Assembly (NCBI GenBank): GCA_038874215.1 | Contig: JAVZCV010000021.1 | Coordinates: 1 to 21,389 of the forward strand | Direction of reading: 5' to 3' | Source: Candidatus Micrarchaeia archaeon | GTDB lineage: Archaea > Micrarchaeota > Micrarchaeia > Burarchaeales > JAVZCV01 | Length of the DNA: 21,389 nt | Part shown: piece by piece, positions 7,249 to 15,207 of the stretch | How the letters are laid out: every line of letters begins with the position of its first letter | How positions within the stretch are numbered: position 1 is the stretch's first letter | Position numbers and translations under genes: made by a program | The notes under the pieces: model-generated | Databases searched by the model: none | What the model was told of the DNA's origin: nothing | What the model saw: only the letters and a program-made list of their open reading frames with translations

Positions 7249-9039
7249 CAAGTTTGCAACAATCGGCTTTTTTAGGTATATGAGTAATGCGAGAAGCATG
7301 TATGAAACAAAAAACAGGAATTCTGCTTCCAGCCTATCCCGCAAGCTGCTAAATATGGAAGTTATGAGTTCCGTAAGGGGTGGCCTGCTCCGTGTAAAAA
7401 ATCCGAGGTCACCGCCGCCCTCCATTTCTCCAAGCGGGTATCTGTCTTCTTTTGAGTATAGCAGTGAAACATTGCCCGTAGAGTTTATTCGCATTACGAA
7501 CTCTCTGTCTTTTGAGTCTTCTATTTTCGGAAAATAGAGAGTATAGATGGAATAGTTGCGGACGGATGTTTTTGAGGAGGCGATACGATTGCTGCCAGAA
7601 AGCAACGATAGTTCTGCCTCGCCTTCACCGAATAGGTAGAGGCGGATTTCCGATAGATTGGAGTAGTGCGAGAAGAAGGATTGCTCTACGCTGCTGGCTG
7701 GTTTAGAATCGTGGTAAACTGGTTGATAAACGTCGTAAATCCCCCCATAAGCTGATGCAAGAGTGGAGTAGAAGAAGGAGAGGGATATTACGAGAAGGAG
7801 GAATAGGAGTGGCATGAGGATTAGGATTTTTTCATCCATGCGCGTTTTGAATTTGGGGAATAGAAGGAGCAGGGTTAGGAGGAGGAAAGCGAGCAGCAGG
7901 CTGATGTTTATTAGGGGGATGTAGGGATAAAGCAAGCCTGTAAGGGTGGGCATTTTTGCAAAGATGGGGGATATGTGCATGAGTGTTGCGATTGATATGT
8001 TTCCAATAAGGACTGACCTTAGGGAAAAGATTGCTGTTGCGAGGATATAAGGAATATCTAAGGGAGTTGATGAGGCGGCAACAACCAAGAAAGGTGCTAT
8101 GAAAACGAGCCATTGTGGGTTCCAGTCAGTTAAGCAGAGAAGAGATGCGCATGCGAATGAGTGAGTGAAGAGTGAATTTGGGGTTTTTTCTAGTGTGAGC
8201 AAATTTGAGAAGAATATGAGGGCGTAGAGAAAGAAAAATGGGTAGAGAGGAATTCCAAAAGCCTCAAGCTTTATAGAGAGAACGCCGAGAGTCTTTTCGT
8301 TTTGGAGCACCTGTTCAAAGAAAGCAGGAGAATTGATGAATGGTAGAATTGAGAGAATGTAGGGTAGGAAACCGATTACTGTAAGCAGAATAATTTTTTT
8401 TGGGGATTTTGAAAGCGCAGGGGAGAAAATGGGGATTAGGAGGAGGGGGTAATGTTTTAGGGATGCGCCGAGCCCGAGAAGAAACATTGAAAAAATATCG
8501 TATCGTGATAGGCTTCTTTTGAGATATTCTTTCGCACAGTAGAGCGCATATGCAGTGAAAAATGTAGGGAGTATGTCGAATTGTCCAACGAGATATGTTG
8601 CAAAAATTGGTATGGGGCAGTAGAGCCATAGTAGCAGGGCTTTCTCTTTTCCAGTAATTCGGTATATAAGAAAGCCCGTGGCGATATCGGCAAGCAGTAG
8701 TGGAAATTTCAAAAGAAAAAGTGTTAGGAAGCTTGGTGTTGATTGGATAAGGAACATTGTAAGCTGGGGTATTTCCCATACATAAAAAAGGTCTGGTAAA
8801 TTACATATGTGGAGGTATTTAATTGGCGCTATGAGTAGAGCATTCAGAAAGTAGTAGATGGGGGGGTATGAGAGTATGCTACGGCCTATTGAGAACTCTT
8901 GCCGGAAGTAATCGTAAATGTTTGTGTGGCCTTCAAGTATAGCGTTGCTGAAGTAGGCGTTTATTCCGATATCGCCGTGGTAGAAAAGTGGGATTAGGAT
9001 GAGCCGGAGCAGAATGGCGAAGATGAGCAGTTTTTTCAT
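7228..9039 (-). CDS. GT-C-fold membrane glycosyltransferase (GT87/PIG-M-like) with C-terminal extracellular beta domain
   Basis: Multi-TM protein with 'YHGD' after TM1, 'SYPP', 'LKFPLLLAD', 'GQFDILP', 'LKHYPLL' and 'WNPQW'. Soluble region 'SVEQSF..NLSEIRLY' precedes a final TM helix. Start 9039 follows GGTGTG (GTG at 9045 is an alternative). Confidence 0.75.
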   Translation of the reverse strand: MKKLLIFAILLRLILIPLFYHGDIGINAYFSNAILEGHTNIYDYFRQEFSIGRSILSYPPIYYFLNALLIAPIKYLHICNLPDLFYVWEIPQLTMFLIQSTPSFLTLFLLKFPLLLADIATGFLIYRITGKEKALLLWLYCPIPIFATYLVGQFDILPTFFTAYALYCAKEYLKRSLSRYDIFSMFLLGLGASLKHYPLLLIPIFSPALSKSPKKIILLTVIGFLPYILSILPFINSPAFFEQVLQNEKTLGVLSIKLEAFGIPLYPFFFLYALIFFSNLLTLEKTPNSLFTHSFACASLLCLTDWNPQWLVFIAPFLVVAASSTPLDIPYILATAIFSLRSVLIGNISIATLMHISPIFAKMPTLTGLLYPYIPLINISLLLAFLLLTLLLLFPKFKTRMDEKILILMPLLFLLLVISLSFFYSTLASAYGGIYDVYQPVYHDSKPASSVEQSFFSHYSNLSEIRLYLFGEGEAELSLLSGSNRIASSKTSVRNYSIYTLYFPKIEDSKDREFVMRINSTGNVSLLYSKEDRYPLGEMEGGGDLGFFTRSRPPLTELITSIFSSLRDRLEAEFLFFVSYMLLALLIYLKKPIVANLLFTEKA

Positions 9040-9112
9040 GCGCACACCAACGAAAACAAATAAAACGCTTTAACCACAAAGCATATATAACATCCAATAT
9101 ATAAGTGGTAGT

Positions 9113-10873
9113 ATGCTACGCACTAAAAACATCGGGCTTTTGTTTGCTATTTTGATTTTATCCCATGTTGCAAACGCATTCTGGGTCGAGAACCTTACTG
9201 TTCTGGTAACCGACTTCAAGCACATGCCGATAAAAGATGCGTGGGTTGAGGTTGTGTATCAGGAGCAGGAGTATGATATTCTTGACGGGAGGATAGGCGC
9301 TTACACGGGGGAAAACGGCATGGCTAATCTCGTGATAGTTAATAAGGTTACAAATGAGGGAGCTATAAACGATACGTATATAATCAACGTGTCCTACCCA
9401 ATTCTTTTCTCATGCTATGCTGAGTTCAACATCACGAACGAGCCGAATGTGACAACAACGCTGTGCTTGTTCTCGGAAGATAAGTTCAGGTGCAAGGACT
9501 TGGGTGGGCTTGTTGTTATTTGCCCGCCCGCAAGTTTGAATGCTGGAAAGGTTGTTGTCGCTCCTCCCCTTGGATGGAAGGAGGAGAATGGTAAGCTCGC
9601 ACCAACCGTTTACCCGAACATATTTGAGTGCAGCATTCCATACACACTAAAGCCGAGCCCTGGCATACCCAGCTCATGCAGGGTTTTTCCTTCGCAGGCG
9701 GTCGTTTCCGCAAACGATAGCTTGAATCTCATCGCGATTTGTTTTGATATAAGAAATAATACGGTTAAATGCCCGCGCTTGAGCTGGCGCTCCGACATAG
9801 GAAATGTGGGTGTTGATGAGGGGGGAAAGATTCTATACCGCACACCTCCTTATGAAATAAACTCAACAAGGATATATGCTGAGTATTCGCCCGTGCAGAT
9901 GATGAACAGCACGAAGGTAAGGGCTCGTTATCATTCGGAAATAATAAGCCTGATGCTACCGATGAGATACGTGCTCGTTAATGTTAGCGATTTAAACGGA
10001 ACCCCGTTGCAAAATGTAAGCGTGAGGATGAATGATGTAATCACAAAGACCAATTCAACAGGGATTGCGGTTTTCAGGGTTTTGGAGGGCACGTACAATG
10101 TTACGGCGTTTGCATACGGTGAAGAAAAGAACACAGTTCTAACCGTTTCTCGTGATGAGAACATTACATTCACTTTTAATAGAACGGTAAGGAACATACG
10201 CGTAATTGACGACATGGGTTCTCCTCTCAATGCGATAGTGCTTGCAGATAACGTGCCTTACAAAACTGATGAAAATGGGGTTGCGGTTTTGGGGGATGTT
10301 GCCCCATCTACGCTGGTGGTGATATACGGGAGTATAACGTATGCAACAAATTATACTGAGACTGTTGTTTTGGATATGCATGCGCCGAGATTGACGAATT
10401 TTTCATACGAGCCTAAGAATCCGTTTGAGATTGATAGAGTGGAAGTCTCTGTTTTTGCAACTGATCCCGAGCCCTATGCGAGCGGTGTCGGTGATGTATT
10501 TGTTGTGGTTTCGGCTCGTAATACTACGTATCAGATGAGGATGACGCAAGTGGCAGATGATAAACCGCTCTACAAGGTTGCTATTGCGCCGATAGCAGGA
10601 GATACCAATGTAACTATAAAAGCGGTGGCGTTTGATAAGTTTGGGAATAAAGTAGAAACTATGAACCTAACATATACTGTCAAGAAAGGGGAGCCTATAA
10701 AAATAGATACAACTGTTCTGCCGAAACCGATTGCGCAGGTTTCGGATTTATTGGGTGCGTACTGGTGGGTCGTACCGGTGGTAATAGTGGCGATAATTAT
10801 CATCTTGTTCTTTTTTGGAGGGAGAGAGGAGGAAGGTGGAGAGCGTAAGACTCTGGAGAAAGCGAGTGGGTGA
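9113..10873 (+). CDS. Membrane-anchored cell-surface glycoprotein with repeated beta-sandwich (carboxypeptidase-regulatory-like / Ig-like) domains
   Basis: Signal peptide ending ANA, repeated 'VxDxxGxP...TxxxGxA' modules, 21 N-x-S/T sequons by manual count, C-terminal TM 'YWWVVPVVIVAIIIILFFF' and a charged tail. Confidence 0.8.
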   Translation: MLRTKNIGLLFAILILSHVANAFWVENLTVLVTDFKHMPIKDAWVEVVYQEQEYDILDGRIGAYTGENGMANLVIVNKVTNEGAINDTYIINVSYPILFSCYAEFNITNEPNVTTTLCLFSEDKFRCKDLGGLVVICPPASLNAGKVVVAPPLGWKEENGKLAPTVYPNIFECSIPYTLKPSPGIPSSCRVFPSQAVVSANDSLNLIAICFDIRNNTVKCPRLSWRSDIGNVGVDEGGKILYRTPPYEINSTRIYAEYSPVQMMNSTKVRARYHSEIISLMLPMRYVLVNVSDLNGTPLQNVSVRMNDVITKTNSTGIAVFRVLEGTYNVTAFAYGEEKNTVLTVSRDENITFTFNRTVRNIRVIDDMGSPLNAIVLADNVPYKTDENGVAVLGDVAPSTLVVIYGSITYATNYTETVVLDMHAPRLTNFSYEPKNPFEIDRVEVSVFATDPEPYASGVGDVFVVVSARNTTYQMRMTQVADDKPLYKVAIAPIAGDTNVTIKAVAFDKFGNKVETMNLTYTVKKGEPIKIDTTVLPKPIAQVSDLLGAYWWVVPVVIVAIIIILFFFGGREEEGGERKTLEKASG

Positions 10874-10878
10874 GTTCT

Positions 10879-11928
10879 ATGATTGAGGTGGGGATAGTAG
10901 GCGGGTCAGGCTACTCTGGAGGGGAACTGCTCAGGATTCTTGTGGGCCATCCAAGCGCGAAAATAAAATGGGTAACTTCTCGGGGTGAGAAGAAACTTGA
11001 AAAGGTGCACAGAAACCTGATTGGCTTTGGTTTGGAGTTCTGCAAGCCTGAAGAAGCTGGGGATTGCGATGTGGTTTTTCTCTGCACTCCAGCAACCGTA
11101 TCAATGAAATACGCAAAAGACTATTTGGAGCGCGGGATTAAAGTGATAGACATGGCTGCTGATTTCAGGCTTAAGAGCCCCGAGTTATATAAGAAAGTGT
11201 ATAAAACAGAGCACGCTGCACCCGAACTCCTGAAGGAAGCTGTTTATGGAACAACAGAGCTGAAGCGAGGGAAAATAGCGAAAGCGAGGATAGTTGCAAA
11301 CCCTGGCTGCTACTCAAATACAGTTATACTTGGGCTTGCACCTCTCGTAAAAAGCGGGCTTGTTGAGCTTGATTCAATCGTTGTGAATGCGCTTTCTGGA
11401 ACATCCGGGGCGGGCGCAGAGTGCAGCGTTTTCACGCACCACTCGGAGATAGCAACGGGTGCTTTTCCATACAACGTTGTGAAGCACAGGCACACGTATG
11501 AGATGGAGCAGGAGCTCAGCGAGGTTGCTGGAAAGGAGGTGAGGATACATTTCAGTTGCTATTACACACCATTTGTTCGCGGTATCCTCGCAGGATGCAA
11601 CGCATTTCTTAAAAAGAGCGCAACGCGCGAGAAGATTTTGGAGGTTTATAAAGAGTTTTACAAGGGCGAGTATTTCATAAGGATTCTTGATTTTGAGAAG
11701 GAAGGCGCCTCAACGGAGTACATTCCGTATCCTACAACAGGGAGCGTGGCTGGCTCAAACTTCTGCCAGATAGGCGTTGATGTTGATGATGAGCGAGGAA
11801 GGGTTGTTGTATTCTCGGCGACAGACAACCTGATGAAAGGCGCATCTGGGCAGGGCGTACAGAACATGAACGTGATGATGGGGATTGATGAAAAAACGGC
11901 CCTTGCCTTCCCAGGGCTTCACCCATAG
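10879..11928 (+). CDS. argC: N-acetyl-gamma-glutamyl-phosphate reductase family (ArgC/LysY)
   Basis: 'GIVGGSGYSGGELLRIL..HP', 'DMAADFRL', catalytic 'NPGCY', 'HRH' and 'DNLMKGASGQGVQNMN'. Start 10879 follows a GGTGA RBS. Confidence 0.88.
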   Translation: MIEVGIVGGSGYSGGELLRILVGHPSAKIKWVTSRGEKKLEKVHRNLIGFGLEFCKPEEAGDCDVVFLCTPATVSMKYAKDYLERGIKVIDMAADFRLKSPELYKKVYKTEHAAPELLKEAVYGTTELKRGKIAKARIVANPGCYSNTVILGLAPLVKSGLVELDSIVVNALSGTSGAGAECSVFTHHSEIATGAFPYNVVKHRHTYEMEQELSEVAGKEVRIHFSCYYTPFVRGILAGCNAFLKKSATREKILEVYKEFYKGEYFIRILDFEKEGASTEYIPYPTTGSVAGSNFCQIGVDVDDERGRVVVFSATDNLMKGASGQGVQNMNVMMGIDEKTALAFPGLHP

Positions 11929-11937
11929 GTGTTTTGG

Positions 11938-12693
11938 GTGCGCGAGGTTCTCGTCATAAAGTTAAGTGGCAAGTGTGTTGAATTAAAGAGATTCAAAAAG
12001 CTCGTTCCCCAGATAGCGAAAGCACGGGAGAATTACGATGTGATAATAGTCCATGGGGGGAAGGAGCAGCTCTCTTCCCTCATGAAGATGCATGGGAAGG
12101 AGCCAGTTTTTAGGGATGGTAGGAGGATTACAGATAGAGAAACACTCTCGCTCGCCTTCATGGCGTTCGGCGGGATAAACACCGAGATGGTCTCCGCTTT
12201 GCAGGAGGCAGGAGTGCGCGCAGTTGGACTAACGGGTGTTGACGGTCCTACTGTTTTCGGGACACAGGATGAAGAGATGGGGTATGAAGGTGTTGCGACG
12301 AGAGTCGACACAGAGCTGATAAAGGAGCTATTTGAGAAGTATGTTGTTGTTTTTCAGCCACTTATATACGATGAGAAGAAAAAAACGCCGCTCAACGTTG
12401 ATGCAGACAGCATGGCAACGAGAATTGCACGCTCATTCGGAGCAAAGATGCTCATACTCGGGGGGATGAAGGGGATAGTTGGAAGCGATGGAGAGATAAT
12501 ACCGAAGATTTCAACAAAGGAGCTTTCTGGATTGATAGAAAATGGGGTTGTCAAGGGCGGGATGATACCGAAGATGGAGGCGTGCATAGAGGCAAACCTT
12601 CCTAAGGTTTGGATTGCAGGTGGCGATGAGGAGGACATAATATTGAGGGCGCTGAGAGGGGATAAAGTCGGAACGATGATATACGGGAGGTAG
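11938..12693 (+). CDS. argB: Acetylglutamate kinase family (ArgB/LysZ), divergent
   Basis: 'VIKLSG', 'IIVHGG', 'FRDGRRITD', 'AVGLTGVDG', 'LNVDAD', 'GGMIPK' and C-terminal 'GTMI'. GTG at 11938 follows an AGGTG RBS (11929 is an alternative). Confidence 0.82.
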   Translation: MREVLVIKLSGKCVELKRFKKLVPQIAKARENYDVIIVHGGKEQLSSLMKMHGKEPVFRDGRRITDRETLSLAFMAFGGINTEMVSALQEAGVRAVGLTGVDGPTVFGTQDEEMGYEGVATRVDTELIKELFEKYVVVFQPLIYDEKKKTPLNVDADSMATRIARSFGAKMLILGGMKGIVGSDGEIIPKISTKELSGLIENGVVKGGMIPKMEACIEANLPKVWIAGGDEEDIILRALRGDKVGTMIYGR

Positions 12694-12756
12694 GGAGCGG
12701 GAGATTTTTTCCGCCATTGCTAAAATTGATAATGCTTATATCCCCTATTTAATTCT

Positions 12757-12945
12757 ATGATAAGAGTTAATGGGCGAGAGGTAAAAACCAATTTTCGTTC
12801 TGGCTCTGTGATGGAGCTTTTGAAAGAGTTAGAGATATGCAGCCAGACAGTAGTAGTTTTCAGAAAAGGCAGACTAATTCCCGAGACAGAGATGATATCG
12901 GCTGAAGAGGAAATAGACGTTCAGCAAGTTGTTTATGGAGGTTAG
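12757..12945 (+). CDS. Ubiquitin-like MoaD/ThiS-family sulfur carrier (SAMP2/TtuB-like)
   Basis: 62 aa beta-grasp pattern ending in VVYGG. Ends 3 nt before the thiolase gene. TATA-like CTTATAT lies ~20 nt upstream. Confidence 0.88.
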   Translation: MIRVNGREVKTNFRSGSVMELLKELEICSQTVVVFRKGRLIPETEMISAEEEIDVQQVVYGG

Positions 12946-12948
12946 GCG

Positions 12949-13884
12949 ATGCAGAAGTGCGGTGTGGGTGGGTGCAGCAGACTCGCAGTAGCGTATATAC
13001 CGTATTCTGGAAGAAATATGTGCAGGCGCCATTTCATGGATTTTTTTGAGAGGCGTGTTTTCAGGACGATAAGGAAATTCAGGCTTTTCAGGCCGCATGC
13101 AAGAGTTGCCGTCGCGCTTTCTGGGGGAAAAGATAGTTCTGTTGCGCTTATCATGGTGAAGAAGCTTGCATCGGAGAAAAAATTCCCGCTTGAGATTGTG
13201 GCGATATCGGTTGATGAGGGGGTAGGAGAGTACAGGAGAAGCCTTCTTAAAAATGCTCGTTCGCTCTGCGAAAAGCTTGGGGTTGAGCATGTTGTTGTTT
13301 CTTTCAAGGAAGAGCTGGGAATAGCGATTGAGGATATCGCAGGAATAAGCAGGGAGAAAAGGGAATCAACATGCACATACTGCGGTGTTTTCAGGAGGTA
13401 TTTGCTCAATAAAACTGCGAGGGAGATGGGATGCGAGTGCATCGTGCTCGGGCATAACCTTGACGACCTTGCGCAGACGTTCATAATGAACATGCTTAGG
13501 AATGAGCCCGATAGGCTCGTGAGGCTTGGGCCGAAAGCAGGAGTTGTGAGCCACAAGAAGTTTGTAACCCGTGTAAAACCGCTAATAGAAACACCTGAGA
13601 AAGAAGTGGCAGTATATGCGATTCTCTCAGGAATCCCGCTCAAGTTCATGCCATGCCCTTATGCGCATGAGGCATATCGCTCAGAGGTTAGGAATTTTTT
13701 GAATATGCTTGAGGAGAACCAGCCTGGCACGAAGTATAGGCTTTTGAACAGTTTTATGGTTGTAAAGGAAGCGCTTTCACATAGTGAGGGAAATCCCAAT
13801 GAGTGCATCAGGTGCGGCGAGCTCACGAATGCAGAAGTATGCAAGACGTGCGAATTGCTCTGCAAGCTCGGCGTGAGAAGATGA
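12949..13884 (+). CDS. ncsA: tRNA 2-thiouridine synthetase, TtuA/NcsA/Ctu1 family
   Basis: N-terminal Zn finger (C..C..CRRH), PP-loop SGGKDS, 'CTYCGVFRR', 'GHNLDD', 'CPY' and C-terminal CxxC..CxxC. RBS GGAGGT. Confidence 0.92.
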   Translation: MQKCGVGGCSRLAVAYIPYSGRNMCRRHFMDFFERRVFRTIRKFRLFRPHARVAVALSGGKDSSVALIMVKKLASEKKFPLEIVAISVDEGVGEYRRSLLKNARSLCEKLGVEHVVVSFKEELGIAIEDIAGISREKRESTCTYCGVFRRYLLNKTAREMGCECIVLGHNLDDLAQTFIMNMLRNEPDRLVRLGPKAGVVSHKKFVTRVKPLIETPEKEVAVYAILSGIPLKFMPCPYAHEAYRSEVRNFLNMLEENQPGTKYRLLNSFMVVKEALSHSEGNPNECIRCGELTNAEVCKTCELLCKLGVRR

Positions 13885-14552
13885 TTGCGGTTATATCAGA
13901 TGTTCATGCAAACCTGCCTGCCCTTGAAGCAGTGCTGAAAAGGATTGAGAAGCTGAATGTTAAGAGGATTTTTTGTGCAGGTGATGTTGTTGGCTACTAT
14001 CCGTTTCCAGACGAGTGCGTTGAGAAAATCGTTGAGAAGAGTATTGAATGCGTGATGGGAAACCACGATTATGCTGTTCTCACGGGCGATACGCGCTGGT
14101 TTAACGAAACGGCAGCATATGCAATTGATTTTACGAGGAGAATAATGGGAAGAAAAAATTTTATCGCAGGGATGAAGCAAAGCTTTGAGATTGAAATATA
14201 TGGGAAGTTGGTTGGAGTTTTTCACGGAAGCCCGAGAAACCCGCTTTTTGAGTATGTTTTCCCAGAAACTCGGAAGGAGAGATTATCAGAGATGGTTGGC
14301 GGTTATGATGCGCTCATCCTTGGGCACACGCATATACCAATGCATGTAGAAGCAGGTAAGAAAATCGTTGTTAACCCTGGTTCTGTTGGGCAGCCGCGCG
14401 ATGGGGATGCGAGGGCAAGCTTTATAACGATAGATGAAAACTGGAGGGTTAAGAATTATAGAGTAGGTTATAAAGTTGAGAAGACTGTTGAGGCAGTCGG
14501 AAGGGCAGACCTTCCGCCAGAGCTTGGAGAGAGGCTTTTCTTCGGCTTTTGA
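13881..14552 (+). CDS. Calcineurin-like metallophosphoesterase
   Basis: Motifs 'SDVHAN', 'GDVVGY', 'GNHD', 'HGSP', 'GHTH' and 'NPGSVGQPRD'. True start is 13881 (ATGA overlap with the upstream stop), not 13803. Confidence 0.92.
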   Translation: MIAVISDVHANLPALEAVLKRIEKLNVKRIFCAGDVVGYYPFPDECVEKIVEKSIECVMGNHDYAVLTGDTRWFNETAAYAIDFTRRIMGRKNFIAGMKQSFEIEIYGKLVGVFHGSPRNPLFEYVFPETRKERLSEMVGGYDALILGHTHIPMHVEAGKKIVVNPGSVGQPRDGDARASFITIDENWRVKNYRVGYKVEKTVEAVGRADLPPELGERLFFGF

Positions 14553-14610
14553 TTATGGAGTAAATTTATATGGTTTGCTATGAGAAAAATAAGAAACACG
14601 AGATGATTGT

Positions 14611-15138
14611 ATGGGTCTCAGGCCAGCGAGAACGTGCAGAGACTTGGATAAGGTAGCATGGACGAGGTTTTCTCAAAAAGTCCCGCGGCGCTCATATGTG
14701 AAGACGAGACCGCATAGCACGCTTACCATATTCAAAATGGGTGAACCAAAGAAGGAGTTCAACTACCGTGTAGACCTCGTGTCGGAAGAGGATGTGCAAG
14801 TTAGAGACAATGCGCTTGAGTCTGCGAGGCTCGCCATAAACAAGTTCCTTGAGAAAAAGCTTCCGCTAAACTACTGGTTCGTTATAAGGGTGTATCCACA
14901 CAACATAGTAAGGGAGAACAAGATGATTTTGGGGGCTGGGGCGGACAGGCTTCAGAAAGGAATGAGAAAGGCTTTTGGAAGGGCTACTGACAGGGCGGCG
15001 AGAATAAAAGGAGGGCAGGTTATATTCAACGTATTCGTAGCTGAGAAGAACGTTAGTATAGTGAAGGAGGCATACAAAAGAGCTTGCGTAAAGATGCCAG
15101 GCAGGTATTCTGTGCGGATAACGAAGGTTGCGTCCTGA
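14611..15138 (+). CDS. rpl10e: 50S ribosomal protein L10e (uL16), archaeal type
   Basis: 'MGLRPAR', 'QVRDNALESAR' and 'RVYPHNIVRENKMILGAGADRLQKGMRKAFG'. TATA TTTATATG at 14565-14572. Confidence 0.97.
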   Translation: MGLRPARTCRDLDKVAWTRFSQKVPRRSYVKTRPHSTLTIFKMGEPKKEFNYRVDLVSEEDVQVRDNALESARLAINKFLEKKLPLNYWFVIRVYPHNIVRENKMILGAGADRLQKGMRKAFGRATDRAARIKGGQVIFNVFVAEKNVSIVKEAYKRACVKMPGRYSVRITKVAS

Positions 15139-15207
15139 GCTATTTTTATAATCCAGCAGAAAAGAAAAGAATTAAAATAAAAAAGGCTAAATTCTCTCGG
15201 TGGTGCA

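Noticed and set aside
10879..12945. Idea that the GG-ending Ubl replaces LysW as carrier for the kinase/reductase pair
   Set aside because: It lacks the LysW C-terminal Glu (EDWGE), has its own TATA box, and is fully explained as the TtuA/NcsA sulfur carrier.
12942..13649. 235-aa antisense ORF, and similar ones at 4643-5257, 14952-15515, 2482-3087 and 639-1094
   Set aside because: Ser-rich or off-frame shadows of well-supported genes.
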